From Candidatus Omnitrophota bacterium (GTDB lineage Bacteria; Omnitrophota; Gorgyraeia; 2-01-FULL-45-10): 64,000 bases of DNA. Location of the stretch: the NCBI GenBank assembly GCA_016935115.1, contig JAFGRN010000002.1, positions 3,748 to 67,747 on the forward strand, written 5' to 3'. The translations under genes and the position numbers were made by a program. This document shows, piece after piece, positions 57,514 through 64,000 of the stretch; position 1 is the first letter of the stretch; each line of letters begins with the position of its first letter. The notes under the pieces were generated by a model. The model had not been told where the DNA came from. It was given only the letters and a program-made list of their open reading frames with translations, and made no database searches.

Positions 57514-58690
57514 CTTTTATAATCTCCGCTATCTTTCTTATCTCAACTTCCTTCAATCCATGGAAGACCGGCAGCAGGATCACCGAATCACGGGCCCTTT
57601 CGGACATCTTCAGGTCTTCCCTGTGCGCCCTGTACGGCGCTTCCTGATGCGCATTCATGATGCCGCGGCGCGTCGAAACGCCCCTGTCCAGAAGACGCTG
57701 CATGAGGCTGTCCCGGCTGCGGGGGGCGCCTTTCAGGACCGTCACCGGATAACTCTGATAGTTCGTCCTGCAATAAGCCGGCTCCGTCGGAAGCCTGAGC
57801 CATGGCACATCCGAAAGTTCCTTTTCGTACACCGAGGCAAGCCGCCTCCTCCCGGCAATCATCACATCTATACGTTTCAACTGCTCGATTCCCACGGCGG
57901 CCTGTATATCCGTCATCCTGTAATTGTATCCCGTCATCAGATACGACTCGAAAGATACCTTCGCGGCAATATGCCTCTTCCTGTCCGAGACGCTCATGCC
58001 ATGCTGCCTCAAGAGCCGGAACAGCCTGTCGTGTTTTGCCGAACATGTCGTCAGCATACCGCCGTCGCCGGTAGTCAATATCTTCCTTGGATGAAAACTG
58101 AAACATGCCACATCTCCATGAGGCCTGCCGATCCTCTCCCTCGCGGATCCTCCCTTAATCGCTATCTCGCTGCCTATGGCGCAAGCGGCGTCCTCAACCA
58201 CAGGAATGCCGTATCTGCGAGCGATTGCCAGTATGCTCCTCATGTCGGCGGGCATGCCCATCTGATGCACCGGCATTATTGCCGCGACCTTCGAAACTTT
58301 CTTGTAATATAAACTGCCTCCGCGCGGGATACAATCCCTTCTCAGGCACCTCTCGAGGGACTCGGGCGACATGTTAAAGGTGCATGAGTCGATGTCAACA
58401 AATACCGGCTCGGCCATGCAGTAACGCACGCTGTTCGCGGTAGCTATGAAGGAATGGCTGACCGTTATCACAACGTCGCCCGGTTTTACCCCGACTGCGA
58501 TGAGCGCCAGATGCAGGGCGGTGGTACAGCTCGAAACCGCGCAGGCATGTTCGGCGCCGGCGTAAGAAGCGAAATCTTTTTCAAATTGCTCAACCCTAGG
58601 CCCCTGCGTAACCCAGCCCGAGAGCACCGCCTCCGCCGCCGCGGCCGCTTCCGGCTTACCGAGAGAGGGCCTGGCTATCGGTATCTTCAT
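57506..58690 (-). CDS. DegT/DnrJ PLP sugar aminotransferase
   Basis: SGWVTQGP, SSCTTALH, EDAACAIG, FSFHPRKILTTGDGG, YNYRMTDIQAAVG. Confidence 0.92.
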   Translation of the reverse strand: MKIPIARPSLGKPEAAAAAEAVLSGWVTQGPRVEQFEKDFASYAGAEHACAVSSCTTALHLALIAVGVKPGDVVITVSHSFIATANSVRYCMAEPVFVDIDSCTFNMSPESLERCLRRDCIPRGGSLYYKKVSKVAAIMPVHQMGMPADMRSILAIARRYGIPVVEDAACAIGSEIAIKGGSARERIGRPHGDVACFSFHPRKILTTGDGGMLTTCSAKHDRLFRLLRQHGMSVSDRKRHIAAKVSFESYLMTGYNYRMTDIQAAVGIEQLKRIDVMIAGRRRLASVYEKELSDVPWLRLPTEPAYCRTNYQSYPVTVLKGAPRSRDSLMQRLLDRGVSTRRGIMNAHQEAPYRAHREDLKMSERARDSVILLPVFHGLKEVEIRKIAEIIKDA

Positions 58691-59670
58691 GACCGGACCT
58701 CCGCTCTCTGCTCATCAAGCCAGGCTACGAGAGCGCCAAGCCCTTCCTTAAGCGAAACTTTCGACCGGAACCCTATCTTCTCCCCGGCCTTCCCCGTGTG
58801 GGCGAGCCGCCGGCTCACTTCAACCTTCCTCCTGTCGTCGGAGATCGGGATATATCTGGGCCTCAATTTTGCATTCATCACCTCAAGGAGCAGGAAGCAT
58901 AAATCTTCCAGCGATGTCTCGGTGCCGCTGGCTATATTGAACACTTCGTCCTTCACGTCTGCCTTCATCGCAAGTATGTTGGAGCGCGCTACATCGGCCA
59001 CATAGACAAAGTCCATCGTCTGTTTCCCGTCGCCGTAGATGAGAGGCTCCTTTCCCGCCCTGATCATATCGTACCACCTTATGAGCACCTCCGTGTATTT
59101 GCCGTGTATGTCCATGCGCGGGCCATAGACGTTAAAGTAGCGGAGCATATCGTATGCCAGGCCGTACATCGAGCAGAAGGAGCGGAATATCAGTTCATTT
59201 GCCATCTTGGCGGCGCCGTAGAGCGTCCGGTTATTATACGGGTGGTGGTCCTCTTTCGTGGGAAATGTATCCGCATTCCCGTAGATGGACGCCGAGGAGG
59301 CGGCCACGATCTTCCTGACCTTATGTTTAACGCATGCCTCCGCTATATTGAACGTTCCGTCTATCATTACCTCCACCGCTTCCCTGGGACTCTCCGCGCA
59401 ATGCGTTATGCGCAGGGCGGCCATGTGAAAGCAGTAGTCGACGCCTTTTAACAATCCGTCTACCAGGTCTTTATCCCTTATGTCGCCCTCGATGAACCTG
59501 GCCTTTCCGGAGCCTGTGATGCCGGCTATATTATTCCTCGAGCCGCGTATGAGATTATCCAGAATTATTACCTCTTTCACGCCTTCCGGAATGAGCTGCT
59601 CCGCGGTAAACGAACCCACGAATCCCGCGCCGCCCGTGATCAGTACCTTCGATCCCTTTAAGTCGTTCAT
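58687..59670 (-). CDS. NAD-dependent NDP-sugar epimerase
   Basis: ITGGAGFVGS, ASSASIYG, YGAAK, LRYFNVYGPR, DFVYV. Confidence 0.9.
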   Translation of the reverse strand: MNDLKGSKVLITGGAGFVGSFTAEQLIPEGVKEVIILDNLIRGSRNNIAGITGSGKARFIEGDIRDKDLVDGLLKGVDYCFHMAALRITHCAESPREAVEVMIDGTFNIAEACVKHKVRKIVAASSASIYGNADTFPTKEDHHPYNNRTLYGAAKMANELIFRSFCSMYGLAYDMLRYFNVYGPRMDIHGKYTEVLIRWYDMIRAGKEPLIYGDGKQTMDFVYVADVARSNILAMKADVKDEVFNIASGTETSLEDLCFLLLEVMNAKLRPRYIPISDDRRKVEVSRRLAHTGKAGEKIGFRSKVSLKEGLGALVAWLDEQRAEVRS

Positions 59671-59683
59671 CTTATATGCAGCC

Positions 59684-60163
59684 CTATGCCTTCCTCATGA
59701 ACCTGGCGGGATTTCCCGCCCATATCTCGCCGCCGGGGATATCTTTCGTCACCACACTGCCCGCGCCGACGGTAGAACCGATACCTATTGTCACGCTTCC
59801 GAGGATGGTGGCATTACTGCCTATCGAGGCGCCTTTACCGACGCGCGTCTTCTTAAACCTCGGCGCCCAGTCTTTTTCCGACTCCACCAGCCCCATCTTG
59901 TTTACGGCCCTGGGATAATTATCGTTGATGAATACCACTCCATGGCCTATAAAACAGCCGTCTTCCACCGTCACGCCTTCGCATATGAACGTGTGGGAAG
60001 ATATCTTGCAATTTTTGCCGACGCTGGAATTCTTCTGAACCTCCACGAACGCCCCTACTTTTGTGTTATCGCCTATTCTGCACCCGTAGAGATTGATAAA
60101 CTTCGACAATTTCACATTCCTGCCCAGCTTAACGTCTTCGGATATGCACCTGTAGTCGTTCAT
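59684..60163 (-). CDS. WbpD/WlbB-like hexapeptide N-acetyltransferase
   Basis: NLYGC, IGDNT, ISSHTFICEGV, FIND, GASIGSNATI, GNPAR. Confidence 0.88.
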   Translation of the reverse strand: MNDYRCISEDVKLGRNVKLSKFINLYGCRIGDNTKVGAFVEVQKNSSVGKNCKISSHTFICEGVTVEDGCFIGHGVVFINDNYPRAVNKMGLVESEKDWAPRFKKTRVGKGASIGSNATILGSVTIGIGSTVGAGSVVTKDIPGGEIWAGNPARFMRKA

Positions 60164-61164
60164 ATCTTTATCAACTTGCCTTTCGCCTTCAGGGACGAGT
60201 CGGAAGCCTCAAGCATTCTCACTATCCGGAGGCCTGCATTGCCGTCGTTGATCGGCTCCTTATCCCTCTTTATGCAATCCACAAAATATTCCAACTCAAG
60301 CTTCAGGGCCTCTGCGTGGTCCACGCGCGGCGCCCACATGTCCCCGGAACGGTACTCCACCAGAAGGTTATATACGCTCTCCGCGCTCTTCACCGTCACT
60401 CCCTTGTCATAAACCTTTATCTTCTCGTCGGTGGCCATATCGTTCCAGACCAGCATCTTCTTCTCCCCTCCGATCAGGGTCATCCTCACCTTGACCGGAG
60501 ACATCCAGTTCAGGTTGAAATGAGCTATAAGGTTGCTCTTGAAATATACCGTGATGTAGGCTATGTTTGCCAGGTTCCTGCCGAAATGGTCTATCCCGGT
60601 AGCCGTTATCGCAACCGGCTTCTCCTTTATGACATAGTCCATCACCGAGAGGTCATGAGGGGCGAGATCCCAGATGACATTGACATCGTGCTGGAACAGC
60701 CCCAGGTTGACTCTCGTGGAGTCGTAGTAGTAGAGCCCGCCCAACTTGCGGCTGTCAACCATCTCCTTTATCTTCTTGACGGCTCCGGTGAAGAGGAATG
60801 TATGGTCGACCGCGATCTTCAGGCCTTTTCTATCGGCCAACTCTATCAATCTTTCGGCATCGCGGGTGTTGGCCGTAAACGGTTTCTCGACGAATACATG
60901 CTTGCCGTTACTCAGGGCGTCTTTAGCCAGCTTAAAATGGGTGGAGACCGGCGTAATTATAGCCACCGCGTCGATGTCCCCGGCGGCGGTGATATCGCGA
61001 TGATCGGCGGTAATCCTCGCGTGCGGATACGCTTTTCCGGCGCGGCCCAACGATTCCTGTCTCCTGTCGCAGATCGCGACGACTTTCACTCCGTCGATGG
61101 AGCTGAGGTTACGGACAATATTCGGTCCCCAGTATCCGTAACCTATGATACCCACATTAAGCAT
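60160..61164 (-). CDS. Gfo/Idh/MocA oxidoreductase (WbpB/WlbA-like C3 dehydrogenase)
   Basis: GYGYWGPN, HVFVEKP, DHTFLF, WDLAPHD. Confidence 0.88.
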   Translation of the reverse strand: MLNVGIIGYGYWGPNIVRNLSSIDGVKVVAICDRRQESLGRAGKAYPHARITADHRDITAAGDIDAVAIITPVSTHFKLAKDALSNGKHVFVEKPFTANTRDAERLIELADRKGLKIAVDHTFLFTGAVKKIKEMVDSRKLGGLYYYDSTRVNLGLFQHDVNVIWDLAPHDLSVMDYVIKEKPVAITATGIDHFGRNLANIAYITVYFKSNLIAHFNLNWMSPVKVRMTLIGGEKKMLVWNDMATDEKIKVYDKGVTVKSAESVYNLLVEYRSGDMWAPRVDHAEALKLELEYFVDCIKRDKEPINDGNAGLRIVRMLEASDSSLKAKGKLIKI

Positions 61165-61199
61165 AAAACACCCCCATGACTACATTATCACACGCGCCG

Positions 61200-62321
61200 T
61201 CAGAACAGGTCAAGGTCGGAATCGCCGCGCGTCAGGCACCAGCCGCGTTTGAAAAAATCCGCGCCTTTGGCCCTGAGTTCCCCGCTGAGCGGAGCCGCGT
61301 AGAACCTGTTGCGCGACGCCATATCGATAAATCCCGCCAGCCTGAACGCTGACCTGAGCCGCGGGCCCAGAAAATCGGATCTTATGATGTCCACCCGGCC
61401 CTTAAAGTACCCTATCGCCGCTCCGAGAAGCGCCTGTGCCGTACGCCTGTCCTCCGGATCGCACAGGATATCGGATATTATTCCCGCTTTCAGCCCGTTC
61501 AGCCTGCCTCTGGAGACCTCTTCTTCTCTGAGCGCCAGATAACCCCTTACACCCTCCTTCGATCTGCCTACAAATATTTTATATCCGCCGCGCGGTTCGT
61601 CAACGAATCTCCATGATATGAAATCCCCGCTCCTCCTGATGCTCAAAGGCAGGTCTCTCGACACTTCCGAGCAGAGGGCATCGAGCTCGCCGGGCGTTCC
61701 TGAATACTGCGCTACCTCGACATCTCCACGCGCGAGCAGGGATCCGGCGATGCCCGATACGCCGAATACCGCCCCGGCGGCGAGACGCAAAGGGATCCTC
61801 AGCGCGGCATTGCCGGTAACCGCTCCGGAAAAATTCCCAGGATTCGATATGATCACGGCCCTGTCCATAAAACCCGCGTCTATGTAAGAGGCCTTGCTGA
61901 ATATCCTGTACGAAGCCTCGCTGGCGACTATCGCAAGCAGCATCTCCACATATTTCCCGGACTGCTCCGTGACCTGCTTTACTATGGAATAGCCCATACC
62001 CTTCTTCCTGTGCCCGGGCAGCACTATGAAATCCTGGCACCAGCCAGCTTTATACGGCCTGCCGAAAATATTCAGAGTTACCGGCATTACGCACATCTGT
62101 CCCGCTATCTTTCCGCCGATCCTGAGTATCCATATGAGCGGTTTGCCGTCCGCGGGGGCCGGGTTCTGCACATACTCCCACAGCCACCTATCCTTCACCT
62201 TCTTCCTGTCCCTGAACATGCCGGCGTGGAACTGGTCTTTGTATGCCTCTATCAGAAAGTCCGTGTACTCTTCTCCGTCCACAATGGAAAGCTTTTCCAT
62301 CATGACTTCGCCGGCCATCAT
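61200..62321 (-). CDS. GNAT-family acyltransferase
   Basis: WEY..NP, DFIVLPGHRKKGMG (motif A), WRF, GDSD; ATGA-coupled start at 62321. Confidence 0.75.
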   Translation of the reverse strand: MMAGEVMMEKLSIVDGEEYTDFLIEAYKDQFHAGMFRDRKKVKDRWLWEYVQNPAPADGKPLIWILRIGGKIAGQMCVMPVTLNIFGRPYKAGWCQDFIVLPGHRKKGMGYSIVKQVTEQSGKYVEMLLAIVASEASYRIFSKASYIDAGFMDRAVIISNPGNFSGAVTGNAALRIPLRLAAGAVFGVSGIAGSLLARGDVEVAQYSGTPGELDALCSEVSRDLPLSIRRSGDFISWRFVDEPRGGYKIFVGRSKEGVRGYLALREEEVSRGRLNGLKAGIISDILCDPEDRRTAQALLGAAIGYFKGRVDIIRSDFLGPRLRSAFRLAGFIDMASRNRFYAAPLSGELRAKGADFFKRGWCLTRGDSDLDLF

Positions 62322-63181
62322 CTCGGCCCTGCCATCATCTGCCACATGCGATACCAGTCATAATCGCCGGATAGCTCCTTCGCAAATTCAGTTTTATCAT
62401 CGTACCAGGATATGCGGGTCCTTCTTAACCTGAACGGATCCGTATTCAGAGTATTGAATCCGGCTATCGTGGTAAAGGCCGCCCTGTACCCGCACGACCT
62501 CAGGAACTCCTCTGTCTTCGAATCGAAAGATCCGTATGAGCCGAACGGATAAGCAAAGAGGTCAACCGCGGCCGCAAGCCTGTCTTCAAGTATATGTTTT
62601 GATGTCACCAGCTCCTTTTCCAGGTCCGCCGTGCCCAGAAGGCTCAATTTCCTGTGGCTCATCGAGTGGGAGCCGAAGGATATCAATCCTGACCCGGACA
62701 GCGTTTTTATATCATCCCAATTGAGGTATTCCCCGCCCCTGCCTATATAATCCACCGTAAGAAAGATCGTCGCCTTGAGACCGTATCTCTCCAGCGCCGG
62801 CAGGCCATTGACCAGGTTATCCTTAAAACCATCATCTAATGTTATGCAGACGGACTTCGGCGGCATGGCGGCGCTACCGCCCATCATATTCACCGCTTCA
62901 CTGCATGACAACACGCTGTACCCGCGCTCCTTAAGAAATCTCATCTGATCCTCGAATAACCCCCTGGGCGTCGTCATCTGTGCGCAGATGTCCCTATCCG
63001 AAAACTTGTCGGATATCGAATGATAGTTGAGAGCTCTGAAGCCATTGCCGGGGTATTTGCGCCCTGAAAGCGATCTTACCCCGGCAAAGAGCCCGGATAC
63101 AGCCTTTTTAAATATCAACTTTCCGGGAAGCAACCCGGCAGGACTAGTCGGCTCCACCGGCATCCCTCTCTTCCCTTTCAA
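62318..63181 (-). CDS. Polysaccharide deacetylase (CE4/NodB family)
   Basis: YHSI, ITLDDG, ATIF, GSHSMSH, FAYPFG. Confidence 0.9.
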   Translation of the reverse strand: MKGKRGMPVEPTSPAGLLPGKLIFKKAVSGLFAGVRSLSGRKYPGNGFRALNYHSISDKFSDRDICAQMTTPRGLFEDQMRFLKERGYSVLSCSEAVNMMGGSAAMPPKSVCITLDDGFKDNLVNGLPALERYGLKATIFLTVDYIGRGGEYLNWDDIKTLSGSGLISFGSHSMSHRKLSLLGTADLEKELVTSKHILEDRLAAAVDLFAYPFGSYGSFDSKTEEFLRSCGYRAAFTTIAGFNTLNTDPFRLRRTRISWYDDKTEFAKELSGDYDWYRMWQMMAGPR

Positions 63182-63905
63182 TTCCGACAGCTTGCTTTAT
63201 CTCAAATACGATACGCGGAAGCGGCATCTGTTTCCTCGGCCTTATGGTCTGCGGTTCCGACACGCCGGAGAGATCATGGAAGAACTCCTTATAGGGCGCT
63301 CCGTTAACCAGGACCGTGCCTGTGTCTTTGCTATCCACAATAGACCTGTCCCTTACGATGTCGTCTGTTGCCGCTATCTCCCTGGAACCGGTCCTGAAAT
63401 ATATGCCTCTGTAAGCATCAAATACGCGCAATTTTCCGGACAGCCTGACAAAGGAAAGGATATACCTGTTTTCGTGGCTCTCGTCGTAAACCCTGTCGAA
63501 AAAAGCCGGGATCCCCGCATATGCGCACAATGTGGTAAAGACATCCTGGAACTGTCCCGGAGTGGCATAACCCCTTATGATTATGTAAAGCACGTGGTCA
63601 TCGCAGACGGGCATGCCGGCGGGGACGTCTTTCAGGTGAGCCCTGACCCATTTAAATATGGCCAGCACTTTTTCTTCGTCGGTCCTGCAGCCGGCCGTGA
63701 TCTCCCTCGATAATCTTCCGTATTCATAATGGCGCGCGAGAAACTGGGTCCATTTCGCGTAAAACGGCATCCTGATGATTCTATACTGTCCGCTCACGCC
63801 GACCTGGATATGCGTGGGAATATTGACCGCCAAAATCACCGCCGACAACAGGATCAGCGCCAGTATAATCCGTTTTACATTGCGCTTCATATCTTTATCC
63901 GCCAT
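63144..63905 (-). CDS. Membrane-anchored transglutaminase-like protein
   Basis: N-terminal TM, DEEKVLAIFKWV, GY..Q..VFTTLC.YAGIPA, VFDAY; canonical catalytic Cys/His not evident. Confidence 0.55.
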   Translation of the reverse strand: MADKDMKRNVKRIILALILLSAVILAVNIPTHIQVGVSGQYRIIRMPFYAKWTQFLARHYEYGRLSREITAGCRTDEEKVLAIFKWVRAHLKDVPAGMPVCDDHVLYIIIRGYATPGQFQDVFTTLCAYAGIPAFFDRVYDESHENRYILSFVRLSGKLRVFDAYRGIYFRTGSREIAATDDIVRDRSIVDSKDTGTVLVNGAPYKEFFHDLSGVSEPQTIRPRKQMPLPRIVFEIKQAVGIEREERDAGGAD

Positions 63906-63912
63906 CCAAACA

Positions 63913-64000
63913 TTAAAAGTTTATCCGCTCCTTCTCGATAACCAGCGGCCTCTGTTTCACCTGGGTCAGGATCGCGCCCACATACTCCCCTATCAGCCCT
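63913..64000 (-). CDS. 3' end of a second GtrB/ArnC-like GT2 glycosyltransferase (partial)
   Basis: Manual translation GLIGEYVGAILTQVKQRPLVIEKERINF*, the characteristic C-terminus; stop at 63913. Confidence 0.75.
   Translation of the reverse strand, partial: GLIGEYVGAILTQVKQRPLVIEKERINF

Noticed and set aside
1-64000. CRISPR arrays, tRNA/rRNA genes, transposases, phase-variable homopolymer tracts
   Set aside because: None seen by eye; longest runs are about 7-8 nt inside intact ORFs

Overview
This window lies inside a very large surface-glycan (O-antigen/capsule/glycoprotein glycan) biosynthesis locus. About 55 tightly coupled genes all lie on the minus strand, and the locus runs off both ends. 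Two near-identical sigma70 promoters (47259-47307 and 33008-33055) each carry the same palindrome over the predicted start site and split the window into three units. The second promoter precedes a GbsR/MarR-type repressor gene. Unit 1 (>64000-47366): amino-sugar synthesis, a GtrB/ArnC-like GT2, a B12-radical-SAM/deacetylase fusion and a GT-C-like membrane protein. Unit 2 (47231-33109): an NDP-heptose-type pathway with C- and O-methyltransferases, a MiaB-like enzyme lacking TRAM, a glycosyltransferase and more radical SAMs. Unit 3 (32984-<1): two parallel nonulosonic acid modules, one pseudaminic-like without PseC/PseH and one legionaminic-like with a formyltransferase instead of an acetyltransferase. 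Each module has its own WbuX/HisH/HisF amidotransferase triad, a long and a short B12-radical-SAM, and a ~630-aa putative transferase; an MsbA-like ABC exporter follows. The most striking property is 12 radical SAM genes (9 cobalamin-dependent, 2 SPASM/twitch, 1 methylthiotransferase-like), which suggests extensive radical tailoring of a cell-surface glycan, probably in an anaerobe. No RNA genes, CRISPR arrays or mobile elements were seen. All family calls come from motif recognition by eye, not database searches.
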